A DNA stretch of 64,000 bases from Hormiphora californensis (lineage: Eukaryota; Animalia; Ctenophora). The notes under the pieces were generated by a model. The model was not told the origin of the DNA. It saw nothing but the letters and a program-made list of their open reading frames with translations, and made no database searches. This document shows positions 39,084 to 53,091 of the stretch, piece by piece (within the stretch, counting starts at the first letter, position 1; every line of letters starts with the position of its first letter). The DNA is taken from the NCBI GenBank assembly GCA_020137815.1, contig CM035359.1, positions 4,092,001-4,156,000 on the forward strand, given 5' to 3'. Position numbers and translations under genes: made by a program.

Positions 39084-39638
39084 CTCTCTCTCCCTATCTC
39101 TCTCTTTCTCTTTCTCTTTCTCCCTCTATCTCTCTCTTTCTCTCTCCCCCTCTCTCTTTCTCTCCCGCACCGGTCTTTGATTCTAAGATCCTCAGTATCC
39201 TCTGTCGTGTGCACAACGGACCGATTCCGAAGTCTAGCTCCTACCGATCTCATTTTACACATATCTCTCCAGTGCATATAAATCCACCTTGAGAATCTCA
39301 ATCGATATCTTCCATCTTCCTGTCTTCCAGCTTGTCAATATATGTTCTACGGTACTATTACTTTTGAATGGTGAATACGATATATAGCCAAGAAAAATGG
39401 TGGCCATATCTCACCTCCATGATCTGTTGACGTTGTCGGCCATTTCCGACACATACTTCCGTGATATCCATTGTCAGATATTATATCTATCATACATGGC
39501 CTGCGGGGTTATTGTTATCGGTAATACCACTTATAATCTATTGAACCTCGTCACCTGTGCTGCTGCTGCTCCTATTTACCGGGCCCAATTACCCGATTAC
39601 AGTAATTAAAGGACCTTATAGATCCCCCAGATCACAAT

Positions 39639-39836
39639 ATGGCTAAGAAAAAGAAAAAGGACGAGACCCATGGTGATAGAGGTCGTCATTATAATAAGCG
39701 GGCATCAGCCAGCAACCAGAGTTATCGGCAGTTTGAAGAGGAGCATTTTGCAGCTGCAGCTGCAGCGGATCGAGAGGAAGGAGCAGGAGGAGCGGAGCAG
39801 CAACCCCCTACTAGTGAACAACCCACCGAGGAGGAA
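39639..39836 (+). CDS. Candidate alternative first coding exon C of the K2P gene
   Basis: cccccag 9 nt before ATG; MAKKKKKDETHG...QPTEEE|gtatgt; 66 codons, phase 0. Confidence 0.55.
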
Positions 39837-40880
39837 GTATGTTTTTGGGGGGTAGGGTTGGAGAGCTGTTCAAATATGTTTCCTAATTTTTACCTTTGCT
39901 ATTGCTTCACCATGCTCAAATTTTTTCTCTCTTCTTATCATCTCAGAATATATATCCGAACAGGAATTAGATCTTCTTCTTCTTCTTCTAAAAGTGTCGG
40001 GTGTGAAACCCTAAAGAACTATCGCGACTTTCGTCATTGCGATTTGGTCGACACTGGTGTGAGTGCTCGTGAGTGAAGGAATTAGATCGATGAAAAAGTT
40101 GTAATATCTTCTTACAAAGTTGGTAGCTTATAATTTACTAACGAGATATATAGTTGTTTTGTTTCAAGATACATAATATCTTCTCTAGCTGTATTCTCAC
40201 ATGTTGTTTAGTTTCAAGAAACGTACACATGTTGCGTAATATAATTCGGTCTAGGTACAGCACCCATGATATAAACTCTAACAACCAACATACAGTGAAG
40301 TCTGAGAAAAACTTGTTCTATTCTTTACGTTATACTAAGTGTCGGTCGTAGCCGCTATAAGCTTGGAGTAAACCTAACAAGTATATTAACTTGACATCAA
40401 CAAGTTGGGGGAATTCAGAATTATAAGACCGGTTGATTAGAGGGCCTGTCAACAGTCAATTGGAAGATATTCCCCTTGTTACTCAATTAAGCAAAGTGCT
40501 ACTTCTCAGTTCAATTCCAGATTCACAACAGCTCTTAGCTTGATTCGTAGTGAGGTGTCATTATTGTGGTTGATAGTTTTGGCTTAGTGTTTTCAAAATG
40601 GATCATAGGTCTGGGGTAAGATCTTCTAGGCTAGGTCAAATAGATTTGTTCATTGTTGAATTATGTCGTATGTTTGCTATGGTGATGTTTACTGTTTAGT
40701 GCGTTTGTTAGAGGATTGTTGGTTGTGTCACTGTATAAGTTATAACAGTCGGACCCCAATTTACCGGGATCCTCCGCGTGGAAAGGGATTTTACCCAGCA
40801 TATCGGGGTCCGACTGAACAATGTGTTGTCAAGATCATCACGTGTTGCAATTCCTCTAACACCCGCCTCTGTTTCAGATT

Positions 40881-40910
40881 ATGAATAGAATACGATTAAA
40901 ATGGAATTCG
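40881..40910 (+). CDS. Candidate micro-exon D (first coding or 33-nt cassette from 40878)
   Basis: gtttcag|att-MNRIRLKWNS|gtaagt; strong splice sites, phase 0. Confidence 0.5.
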
Positions 40911-41197
40911 GTAAGTATAAACTAGTGTTGGATTTACAATTTCTACCCTGAAAGCTCCCAATTCCATCCTCCAATACCCCCCCCCCCGATCCCATTCGCC
41001 CGATCCCATTCCCCTATTCCTCTTGCTTAATTTTCCAGCCTAAATTAATCAAGCAATCATCAAATGTTCCATCATCTGAAAATCAAAACTACGCAATTTC
41101 CCTCTCCCAATCCGTAAAAAACAAAGTTATTAAAAATTCAAAATTTAGCACCCACAAGAGGGCTTTTTCCTGTGTACGTTAATATCATATGGCAGCA

Positions 41198-41411
41198 GAT
41201 TACGGGGGCTCGAATAGATCGCCCGTATAGATCGCCCGTATAGACTGCCCGGACGTTTCATCTGCGCATTACGTTTCACCACAACGAAACACATGCACGT
41301 GACGTGCATGTACTTTATTTGTGATGAAAGTGTGATGAAACGTCCGGGCAGTCTATACGGGCAGTCTATACGGGCAGTCTATACGGGCGATCTATTCGAG
41401 CCCCCGTAATC
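41198..41411. mobile_element. ~215-bp MITE with 14-bp subterminal tandem repeats
   Basis: GATTACGGGGGCTCGAATAGATCGCCCGTATAG... exact inverted counterpart at the right end. Confidence 0.8.
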
Positions 41412-43121
41412 CCCCGTGTAAGGATATTGATATATCGATCGTTAGATCCCCCAACAACAATCCCCCAGGTAAATCAAATATTAAATACTCAACAAATACT
41501 CAACAAACTTCCATCAAGTATTGAATACAAAAACTTCATGACCACACTCAAACTTGTCGTACGTGGGCAGTTCAGTAACCGTTAGTGTTTTGACTAAGTA
41601 TCCTGGTTTTGTGTACGTCACGTGAAAAATTCGAACCTATTATTATACCCTTCGCGCTCTATGCAAGGGAATTTGGTTGATCAAGGTTTGGTTGATCAAA
41701 GCACCCTGCGAAATGATATTAAACTTATATTAACGTTTCACTATAAGACAAAGTAATCATGCATTACGTCTACATGTTAGCTGTCCTATACCCTGCATAA
41801 CTATATTAATTATTATAAACGCTGTCCAAGTATTGCAGTAGCAGTAGGAGGTCTAGAAGTACAGCTCAGTAAATTTATACATGCCAATATCCCGCCAATG
41901 CACACAGTCAAATGAATTCATATTCTCTTGTCACTTTCAACTGCAGCTCTTTGCTTTGTCTGGTAATTTTGCATTGTTTCAATTCACTCTTCATTCAATA
42001 TTTCCTATATTAAAACATTCAGAAATGTCATTATAATATCTGTGCAGTACTAATTTTTGGATCAAGTCCACTTTCCAGCAGAGTATAAGTTACTGTGTGA
42101 TTTTAAATGACTGGGACTGGTATATCGCAAGTTGGGTTTCGATTACCTTATCTTTACCAGACCTCACATGTAATAAATAACTGCAGTATATTAAGTGGAC
42201 TGACATTATATAAAATGTTCTCAGTATTAGTGACTCCACCCAAATTTGAATGTCGGATATATAGCTCTTGCCAAATATCCTACCTCATTTATGTTTTTGT
42301 ATTGCTTCTCACTTTTTTGAGTTTGAAATAACAAATTTAACAGTATCATTATACATTTGAACGATCCTTATATCAATCAATACAGATCGATACCTGCGTC
42401 CTGCACTAAGAAAGTAAGATTCTAGTTAAAGTAATTGGGCAAAATTCTAGGGTAAGACTAAGACTAAGGGAAGGTTTGATATAAGTATGGAACAGAACAC
42501 AATCAGTTTCCTGTGCAAGTTAAACACATGCCTAATAGCTGCTCGTGCAACTATACAGAAGCAGCTCATTTCCTTTTGCTAATTTCCACCCTTTTCCAGC
42601 TCACAATCTCTTGTGTACACTTCACACAATATGTTTGAATTCTGGCACCTGAAAGTTTCCTAATTCCAAACTGTACTTTGGTTTATCATAATATATGACG
42701 CTTAGACTTTGTAATTCAAATTGCGTTTAGACTCATGTGAAAGCAGGTTTTTAATTGTGCTCTAAAACGCTGTCGAACAATTGAAACCCATGCGTTCCTC
42801 GCATGCTATATGTTGTTATGTTCTAACCCTCCTTTACATTTGTGTTTCGCGGCGGGGCGCACGAAACACAGTCTAGCTAGGCAAGCTATATGTACAGGTT
42901 CTGTTCCTAGTACAGTTCTACTCCTTTATCAAAGTGTGACGTTTGTAGAACGTAGCGATGGTCTATAAAATTATAAAGTGAGGAAATTCAAGAATATAAA
43001 TTCCCTGCATAAATAAAGATTTTTCTCATCATTAGGAGAAATATATTTATTTGTGCAGAGAATTTGTTCTTAAATGATCATGCATTATATTATATATGAC
43101 AAGTTAAGGCGGCCACCACTT

Positions 43122-43239
43122 GGAGTAATAATTAACAAGAGGAATAACATGCAGTATTATGATATAAACTTTGCTATCGGCCGATAGCAAAGTTTATATC
43201 ATAATACTGCATGTTATTCCTCTTGTTAATTATTACTCC
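43122..43239. repeat. 118-bp perfect spacerless palindrome
   Basis: Centre TCGG|CCGA at 43180/43181; 59-bp arms. Confidence 0.95.
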
Positions 43240-45489
43240 GGATGACTTTTATTATCATCACATTAGTTATTTATATATGGCGCATTATTTCTGTGATAAA
43301 GTAATTTGCTCGATAATATATTGCGTGTTGTATACTTATTACCGAAATTACGATATCCTAAGCTGCAGCAAATTACTACAATATAAAGCTTGGATGACGT
43401 TTACTAGCTCTACTACTGCACATCTCCATGTTATTACTGTGGAAGCTCTTATAATCTGTGGGAAATAGTAGTACACAATCGAAGCTATATAAGTGATCTT
43501 ATTGTGATCGCATTGTTCATGTGTTATACACATGAGCAATGATACGTGTTAGCAAACCAACCCGACCATGTGTCACATTCATGACATGAACCCAGTTATA
43601 CGTTGTTGGTACCATGTTGCTTGAGTATCTAGTTATTATAGGATGTGTTTTCTGGAGCCATCCAAATAAGGCAGTATGCACAGAGCTTTTATGAATCAGC
43701 TTTATTCGACCGATATAATTGCTTACCACCATCACTGCACAATTATAACAGTTATCCCATTAGATATATTACTCTGCACACGCTATGTTGTGATCGGAAC
43801 GTTTATCTGCTTGTGGTCATGTGTGGTCGGTATTATCGGATTAACTTTATAGCCATTTCGTTAATCGATTGATCGTGCGGTAAGCAGCTCTGGTGTTTTC
43901 GATGTCAAAAGTATGAATTCTGATCTTGATAGCCGTAGCGGTAATATGAGCCTTAGGAATAGGAACACATGTGCGGGTAGATGAGCCTTAAGTGATTTGC
44001 TTTGAATGGTTGGTTCGAGCTGCTAGCCGGTGGTTAATAATCTTGAGATGATTGTTTGATCTTTACCTCTTTGATCTGTATTATAATATAAGCAACTCAG
44101 CTCAAGAATCTTGATTCTGTCGAGCACTTTACCATTCCTGAATCCCTATTAAATCAAAGGTATATAAGCAACTCAGTACTCCATCAAATCGTAGCTTCCG
44201 CTCGAGCTTTTTGATGTACAATTATACATTAACCCGCAGGTTATGTGCAATTTTCAATGACTATAATTGCACAGCTCAATAGTTTGTATTTTATAGTTAT
44301 GTCGTTGAGCGTGTGTTTGTGTGATTTACCGCTTGCATGAACTTGAAGAAGATTGTTGTTGGCAAGGTGTATGTTTTATTGGCAGGGTTAGAACATGCCT
44401 TCGGACATCACTGGGTATTTTTTCAGTTTATTATCCACCTCCAATCTTTGATCCCATTATGCCACTCCATAGCCTTTTTCCTGGAAGCAATGCTCTCCAA
44501 ATATTACGTTGTGAATCCATTGTTGGAAGCAAGGGGGTGAAGCGAATGAAAACAATATGGTGGGAAAGAAGGGGTCATGGTGATACATTGAGCATCATGA
44601 TCTGTATACTAGTAGTAGTAGTAGTAGTAGTAGTATGATCTGTATGGGTGCATGAAGTGGAGAGCTAGTACACGTGAACAATGAAAGAACTCTTGCAGCA
44701 GGCTATACTTCATTGTGTGTTTTCAGGGTGACCTGCACTCTGTTGTAAAACAAAGTGATACAATACAATAAGTAGATAATACAAAGATGAGAGAGTGAAG
44801 TCAATGAGAGAATTAGGAGCAAGTGAGGCAACCCCCGCCGCTGATGATACAGAGTACAGACATGTGCCGGGTTGACACCCCCTAAAAGAACAAAAAAGGA
44901 TGAATCATCAGCTGAGGACACGATTATATTGATCATTAAGCTGATCATCCTTGCTTCATACAGTGGACTTTTCGGCTCCTAAGCCGGTGAGGTATCAATT
45001 AGCTCCTAAGCTCTAGTTGCATCGTTAGCAAATAATATATTTTAGCCGCCCTGAAGTATCAATGAAGATCATATATAACGCAGCCTGGTGCCTGTCAACA
45101 GCAATTGCAGAGCAATTTTGAAGCAATCGGTTTCCTCCCAGCTGAAAATTTGGACTTGAATTTAGACCAGTCTGGCATACGTTGTTTAGACCAGTCTGGA
45201 ATGTTGTTGTCCTAATTCGCTATCCGCTATCCAGGCTCTAGGTGACAGATAATATATGCAGGTTTGTCTACGACGTTGATCACTGCAGGACATACATGTC
45301 GCCTAATTTGTTGCATTATAACCGTTGCGGTTGAGATAGATTGTGCTAAGTTATATAGGAATGTAGGCTTCCTTTATCATGATCACAGCTATATTAAAGA
45401 GACAGATCGTTTAGCATGGGATATAAAACAGGACACTGCTGTCCTGATCAGGCAGTGAGGCTCGGACAGATCGGCTGCTTGTAGTCTGT

Positions 45490-45634
45490 CACACAGGTCT
45501 CTATAATAGTAAATTGTTTTTAGTTCAAGCCCCATTTTTACAGGTCTCTCATCTAGTGAATTGCTTTTGGTTCAGGCCATTTTCACAGGTCTCTATAATA
45601 GTGAATTGTTTTTGGTTCAGCTCCATTTTCACAG
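45490..45634. repeat. Three-copy ~48-bp degenerate tandem repeat
   Basis: ACAGGTCTCT..ATAGTGAATTGTTTTTGGTTCAG..CCATTTT units. Confidence 0.7.
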
Positions 45635-45744
45635 TTGGCTCACAATATGATGCAAAAGTTTTCTGTACGATTTCCTAGTATGGCAGCTTGTCTTACAGAG
45701 TTGTTATAGGATATAGTCGGTTTGCTAGGTTATATAGCATGGTT

Positions 45745-46000
45745 GTAATGAGCTGCATTTCCTAGGTTACCATGGTAATGAGCTGCATTTCCTAGGTTAC
45801 CATGGTGATGAGCTGCATTTCCTAGGTTACCATGGTAATGAGCTGCATTTCCTAAATTACCATGGTAATGAGCTGCATTTCCTAGGTTGCCATGGTAATG
45901 AGCTGCATTTCCTAGGTTACCATGGTAATAAGCTGCATTTCCTAAATTACCATAGTAATGAGCTGCATTTCCTAGGTTACCATGGTAATGAGCTGCATTT
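45745..46000. repeat. 30-bp minisatellite (CATGGTAATGAGCTGCATTTCCTAGGTTAC), ~8.5 copies
   Basis: Direct reading; no unique spacers. Confidence 0.95.
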
Positions 46001-46896
46001 GTTGAACTTTTGACAGGTTTTCGGTGCCGGGAGTATACCTTGGTGGATGGGGTATGAACGCTTACAGACTGTTTGATGAGTTCATATTAGAAATGCTTGT
46101 TTAGATTGTGATGTAAATGGGTTAAAGTTGTTGATTATCCATGTCTGGCTACATTTTAGCATAATTCATTTTAAGTGTTATAGTAGTTAGGGCGCCGTGA
46201 AACATTCTTACAACTTCACGTCTGTATTGGCCATGCACATATACATATTTCTTAATTGAAAGTTGTTTAAACACCTCATAAAACATGTCATAAAATATAA
46301 AATGAAGTTAATGGTTCCTGGAAGAGGCTAAAATGTCCATGATATAATTGATGCTCCTGAATTATTGGCACCTACAGTCGTGAAAATCCTCGTTTCCACC
46401 TATGTTATTGTTGTGAGATCACTAACTATAATTGTCACAACGAAATAATACAGCTGTATTTAGGACTATAATCGTCGTAATAAGATTACCAAATGACAAC
46501 ACGCTATTTTTAAAGGGGTTTGAAACTTCTAAAATCTACAGATCTTCGGTTTTGTGAGAGATTGAGATATCGTATGTATGCTATTGTATATAACATGGCT
46601 GTATTTAGTTCATATCGATTTTGCAGTGTCTTCTTCCAACGCTAATTTTCCGGAAATGACACGTAAAAGCAGTGCAGTTGCATTTCACATTGACACATTT
46701 TACTAATTGGCAAGTGCCACCCAATTTTCTTAATTTTGCCCTTTTTCTCGGAAAAGAGATCGATCACAGCTCTCTGTTCAGTGATCGTATCTCTGGCAAT
46801 ATATCTAGCTGATACCATTAATTGCCAATCACCCCTTAATTGTACTCTAATTAACACTCGAAATGCCTTCTTGTCTATATATCTTGTTTTTCAAGT

Positions 46897-47169
46897 ATGC
46901 TTGATTATCGTCTGACCCCTCCTCCTCCCCCCACCGGTGGGAAATTGATGGCGTTAGCAAGAAGTCGTTGGGCAGCAGCTACCCTCCAAGTGGCCCAGGA
47001 GAACAAGGATGCCAAACCTGATCCATTAGCCCAGGACAGTGGTGCCAATGGGGCGGATATCTTTAGATCAGTTGTGAGAGCAAAGGTACAGCAGAATCGG
47101 TGGGAGAAGTTGCAGAAGAGAATCAGGCGGAAAATACTGCCATCGGCGTACAACCAACAAGATGATGAT
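46897..47169 (+). CDS. Candidate alternative first coding exon E of the K2P gene
   Basis: ttttcaag just before ATG; MLDYRL...MALARSRWAAATLQV...NRWEKLQKRIRRKILPSAYNQQDDD|gtgagt; 91 codons, phase 0. Confidence 0.6.
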
Positions 47170-47319
47170 GTGAGTATACTGCACTATTGATCCCAGGTAA
47201 GGGTTTGAACAAATCAATTTGGTTTTGGTATTAAACTGCATGTTCACTGTGCCACCCCTTGGACTTTTTGGCTGGGTATTGTCTTCAAAATATTTCTGCT
47301 CTACATGATTCTCTCTATG

Positions 47320-47419
<100 letters not shown>

Positions 47420-48365
47420 TCTTTTTTCCTTATAGACCATTATATAGACCGATCTCACAATCACTAAATCGCCCGTTTCTCTCCCTTCCTGGATCGAGAA
47501 ACAAAGCTCCCACGTGGCAAAAAAGATAGTATATATCGGCCTATCGGTGAATATATAATTAGGGCCACAGCTGTCACAATACACACAATGTGTCACGACT
47601 TTCACACACATGTCACAATATAGTAAACGATGCGGTTTTGATAATCGCTTCCAGTTTTTATAAACTGCTATTATCTAACGATTTGACATTGGTTTCCTAC
47701 AGTGCCATCATCATTCCGATGCCAGCTGAGATATCTCTCAAGACGAAATCAGGCCCGGGGCCGTTAGATCTATAGATTTGCCTACACCACCTCAATTTTA
47801 GCAGCGCTTTTTAGCGTGAGCGTATCACGAAAAGTTCAGACCCGAAGTATCATATAATGTTCATAATAATAGACACAACCAGCTGTACATCTACTGCAGC
47901 AGCTCTGTACACTTTGTAGCTTTTTGTAGCTTTTTGTAGCTTTTTCAACGATTAATTATGTTTTTTATAATTTATATCAGCTTGTTCATTGCACTTTACA
48001 TCTTTGTGTCCACTGAGGGTTTCCCAGGGTTATGAATTTCAATATTCTCTTGCATTTTGTTTTTGACTCGTGAATTGTTTGCTTGCTTTTTCAAATTTTC
48101 CACCTGTCAATTGTCGTCAACATTATATGGCAAAATAGCCTAATTTTTCGTCAAGAAACTATTGTTTAGCACGTGCATTGACTCCTTTTATACAACCCTG
48201 GCCTACCATTTTCGCTAGAACAATCCTGCTCATCTGACAGCTCACTAAGAACTCTCTTCCTAAAATACAACCTATTATTCAACCTTCAGTGCAGTATATA
48301 TCTAAATGAGGTAAGAAGATCAACTCCCTGCACAAATCGGATGCTTATCTGCAGTTCTGATAGGA

Positions 48366-48545
48366 ATGATATCTCTTGCGGATGCAGTTGGCAGTATTTC
48401 TAAATACTCAACAAGAGAAGATCAGACGTCTCCAGATGATGATAATCGGCAGCAGCGGCAGAAACCCCCACCAACAAGGGTCAGAAGGCTTTCCTCGGCT
48501 GTCATTGGCTCCATAAAGAGAGTCCGACCAGAAAATAAAAAAGAG
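48366..48545 (+). CDS. Candidate alternative first coding exon F of the K2P gene
   Basis: MISLADAVGS...RVRRLSSAVIGSIKRVRPENKKE|gtaaag; 60 codons, phase 0 (a phase-2 donor also exists at 48571). Confidence 0.5.
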
Positions 48546-48740
48546 GTAAAGATAGAAAATAGTGGAAATCGGTAACTTTTATTCTAAACTAATCAGATTC
48601 CGCATATTTATATGTTCGGACAACAACACTATAACTTCCCCTTGATCCTGTCTCACTTTGCTTTCTATGTCACGCTCTCTTTCTTTGTGTTTATGGTACG
48701 AATGACCAAGTTCCAGGCAACTTCTTTTGTTCTCTATATA

Positions 48741-50305
48741 CAGGGTGTCCCATATATTCTCCGGGTCGGTTGGCGAGCTGTCATGCAAAAACGGTGATAG
48801 TTGTGTGAAAACAAACTGCGGGAGTGTGCTGGATTAATTCCTTCCTAACTGATGGCTTTGTTTTAAAATTAAATTTCAAAAGTTCATTTTTCATGAATGA
48901 ACATTGCTGCCGTTCATTCATGAATTCTGAAATATTGTTTACCTTGAGTAAGTAACTTTTCTTTGGCTCGCAATTATCTTTCCAATGAGCACCATAAAAC
49001 CCAAATTGAAGCAGCAGGTCACATGACAGTTGAGAAAATGAACATGCATGATTTTGGCTCTTTTTGCGACTTTCAATCGGCTGCATGTCACCGCTACCTT
49101 ATCTTCAATCTTTTTGAAACTTTGGGTGAACATTGGATAAGCAAAGATCTTTGCTCACAAGAAAAATCAAGGTCAAAACTCAAAGTTCATTTTTAAGTTT
49201 TGGTAGTTCATTCCACTCATTCAGGAACCAACAACCCTAAAGTGATGAAAAGTGTTGGATTTTGCTTGGTCCATGTCCTGCAATGACAGAGAGGTGTAGT
49301 AACGTGTTTCCGAGCTAGTTAGTGGGTGCCATGTGATCATGACGATATCTGATTCCTTCGTTGAGCAATAATTAAGGGATTTTCTCGAATTCAAGCATGT
49401 GATTTGGGTTTTCTGCGATTGGTATCGTGCAGCAATGTTAAGAGATCTCATAGCCCCTCGAAAATGATGGTTAGTTCAATGAAATGAGTTGATTTATCAA
49501 CGAAAATGGTCGTTGAGTTCAATGTGGCATCGGTTTCAATCTTATTGAGCATAAATCAACTCAATTCATTGAACTTTTCATCATTTTCGAGGTGCTATGA
49601 GATCTCTCAAGATTGCTGCACGATACCAATCGCAGAAGACCCGAATCACATGCTTTAATTTGAGAAAATCTCTTAATTATTGCTCAACGAAGGTGTCAGA
49701 TATCGTCATGATCACATGGCACCCACTAACTAGCTCGGAAACACGTTACTACACCTCTCTGTCATTGCAGGACATGGACCAAGCAAAATCCAACACTTTT
49801 CATCACTTTAGGGTTGTTGGTTCCTGAATGAGTGGAATGAACTACCAAAACTTAAAAATGAACTTTGAGTTTTGACCTTGATTTTTCTTGTGAGCAAAGA
49901 TCTTTGCTTATCCAATGTTCACCCAAAGTTTCAAAAAGATTGAAGATAAGGTAGCGGTGATACAGCCGATTGAAAGTCGCAAAAAGAGCCAAAATCATGC
50001 ATGTTCATTTTCTCAACTGTCATGTGACCTGCTGCTTCAATTTGGGTTTTATGGTGCTCATTGGAAAGATAATTGCGAGCCAAAGAAAAGTTACTTACTC
50101 AAGGTAAACAATATTTCAGAATTCATGAATGAACGGCAGCAATGTTCATTCATGAAAAATGAACTTTTGAAATTTAATTTTAAAACAAAGCCATCAGTTA
50201 GGAAGGAATTAATCCAGCACACTCCCGCAGTTTGTTTTCACACAACTATCACCGTTTTTGCATGACAGCTCGCCAACCGACCCGGAGAATATATGGGACA
50301 CCCTG
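48741..50305. mobile_element. 1.56-kb palindromic Tc1/mariner-type non-autonomous element
   Basis: TA|CAGGGTGTCCCATATATTCTCC...GGGACACCCTG|TA; ~750-bp near-identical inverted arms; mirrored ORFs in the track. Confidence 0.92.
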
Positions 50306-50728
50306 TAATATGATCTCTTATTTATGAGCTCCTTCTTTCATGTTTCACAACTACACATTTTTGAACCATGATCTTCTTCTTTTTCTACTTCTTCTGTCTG
50401 AGACGTTCACCACGTAAGCTTTAGACCATGGATGGTGAATCACCAGTCTAAAGCTAAATGTCTTAGTTGAATTAGTAACTTTACTTGTTCTATGATCCAT
50501 CTCTGACTTGTTCAAGTCATCAGATATTAGTAAAACAAAATTCAACAATCGACGACAAATTTTTGTATACAGAAATTTCATGCTGTTTCACAGCTAGTTA
50601 GATGGCGTAGTTTAAGCTGTATTCAAGTGTAGTTAGTTGGTCGCTGATGACAGCATGGTTACTGGTTATGATGTCATTATCTAATTTACCCTTGTCTACC
50701 TGTATACATATATCTCTCTGTCTCTCTC

Positions 50729-50808
<80 letters not shown>

Positions 50809-51414
50809 GGTTTTGAAGGTAGCTCTGCTGTTTGAAAGACCTTTTTGAAAAGGTACTTTTCCTCTTTTTTGCTGTCTAAATATGATTCCTTTGTTCTGTT
50901 ATAGCTCTCGCTTTATACGTGCCTCTCTGATCCCTCTCTCTCACAGTTCTCGGTTGTTTTGCTGCATTTGTACACACGTTCTCTATTACTGGAATACAGA
51001 ATTCACAGCCGCTATATATTAAGCACATTTGTTACCCGGCTATTCTTATCACGTTTAATCTTTATACCATATATTGTAGGTTCTGATCATAACACACCGA
51101 GATCTACTGACTACTAGATCAATGATCAATCTAGTAGTCAGTAGATCAATGATCATTGAACTATTATACTTATTATACTGCTTCTACTATGTATTATTAT
51201 ATTGAACTGATATTTTAAGCTCCAGCTTTAATGCCCGCATAACCCCAAACGTTTACACCCCGCCTAAAAGTTCCATTACCCACACTACATAAGCTTTAAG
51301 GGTTATAATGGCTCTGCACGTGCCCACTCTAACAGAACGGATATATTCTATAGAGATAGAAAGATAGGATATTTAAACTATATATAGAAGAGATAGAAAG
51401 ATAGGATATTTAAA

Positions 51415-51496
51415 CTATAAATAGAAGCTTTAAACACTTTTTCTGACACTCCCTATAGGGAGTGTCAAAAAAAGTGTTTAAAGCTTCTATTTATAG
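51415..51496. repeat. 82-bp near-perfect spacerless palindrome
   Basis: Centre CCCTA|TAGGG; one mismatch; adjacent to a short direct duplication at ~51350-51428. Confidence 0.9.
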
Positions 51497-51710
51497 CCAA
51501 TTATAATCTTTACTTTTCACAGTCCTGAGCAATATTTGATTATTAGTGTCCTCTCTACACTCTACAGCTTGGTCCTTATATTATATTTCCGTGGTATAAG
51601 ATTCTATCTATCTACGGAGTGCCTGGGCTTGCCAACGGCAAGCCCACAGGGGACTATCGCAAAGCGATATCGCCGGCACTAGGAGTGGTATAAGATTGTT
51701 CATTATATTT

Positions 51711-51791
51711 ATGGAGCACCGTGGTGGGTCATCCAGGATGGAGGACCAGGATCAGGAGGAGAACCCTCGATTTAGGATGGGCGATGATCAG
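51711..51791 (+). CDS. Candidate alternative first coding exon G of the K2P gene
   Basis: MEHRGGSSRMEDQDQEENPRFRMGDDQ|gtaatt; GC-rich island in AT-rich DNA; CAG|GTAATT donor, phase 0. Confidence 0.5.
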
Positions 51792-53091
51792 GTAATTGGA
51801 CAAGATTCTTTCAGGCCAATGCTCTGACCACAGTTCTCGTGCGGTCCGCGATTATTTGAAAGACATGAGAAAAGGGTCAGGCCAATGCTCTGACAGGACA
51901 ATATATAGAGTCTGTCTTTACATATTCGGAGTTGGACTCATGTTCCAACTCATATGAACCTAGAACAAGAACATAATATGTATGATAATCGTGCCAAAAT
52001 TGAATATTTATTCACAGCTCTACAGTTTTATGAAAAATCCCAAAATAATAAAATATTATCTTTTTGATCTATCGAGAGAAGACAGAATATAATACATATG
52101 GAAAGAAGATACTAAAAAGAAGGAAGATCTTTACCAGGAAGGCGACATGAAAAGTTATATTGTATTGTCATTTCACGTTGTACATTTTGGCATGACGAAA
52201 TAACATCTAATACACTATAGTACTCGATCTTTAATTTATCATGATGTCTTTTACCTAGTCACACATAGTTTGTCGTAAACATGAATCATAGCATACATAT
52301 GAATCATACCATATTGTATGAAGATGCAGTTGCTTTGGGACAAAATTCTGCCTAGTCATACGAAAACTCAGGGCTCTATTTATATATGATCGGTATATTC
52401 TTTAATTACCCAAATGTTATCTTGGGGATTTTTTATTATCACATCATGTGCGTCGTGCATAATCTTCAATTATGTCACAGTTGACCACGTGGTATTTATT
52501 TTGCCGTTACATCGCAAATCTCCGTGGTAACTCTCACAATTCCGATTCCGGAACACCCCGCGATCCGCTCTATGCCGGCAACACCCGGCTCCTCCTCCTA
52601 GGGGCTTCTCGTCCTCTCTCTCTCGAGCTTTCTTCTCGCCTCTCTCTCTCCTCTCTCGCTCTCTCTCTCTGCTCGCTCTCTCTCTATTTCGATCACCCCT
52701 CGTTGCTTTCTATCATTCGAGTATTCCTTTAAATTCTCTCTCCCTCTCTGTATTTCTACCACTATATTTAACTTTCTCTCCCGTCGGAATACCGAGAATG
52801 GAGCTTTCACGCTCACGCTCTCGCTCGCGCGCGAGCACGCGCCGCTCTCTCTCCACTCTCGCTCTCGCTCTCTCGTCTCACTGCTCTCTCCTCTGCTCAC
52901 TCTCGCAGCTCCTCTCACCTCAACCTCACTCTCTCTCACTCTCTCTCTCTCTCTCACTCTCTCTCTATCTCTCTATCTCTCTCTCTCTCTATCTCTCTCT
53001 GGATCTCACTCTTCCCAATCCAACGCACTGTATGCAGTAGCGGGGAGAAAGATTGCTCCGCATTTCTTTGTGCTGTGCCCAATTCATAATA

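Noticed and set aside
45745-46000. CRISPR-like 30-bp repeats (also the 25-bp array at 1-268 and the 36-bp array at 1291-1510)
   Set aside because: Head-to-tail units with no unique spacers, no cas genes, eukaryotic context
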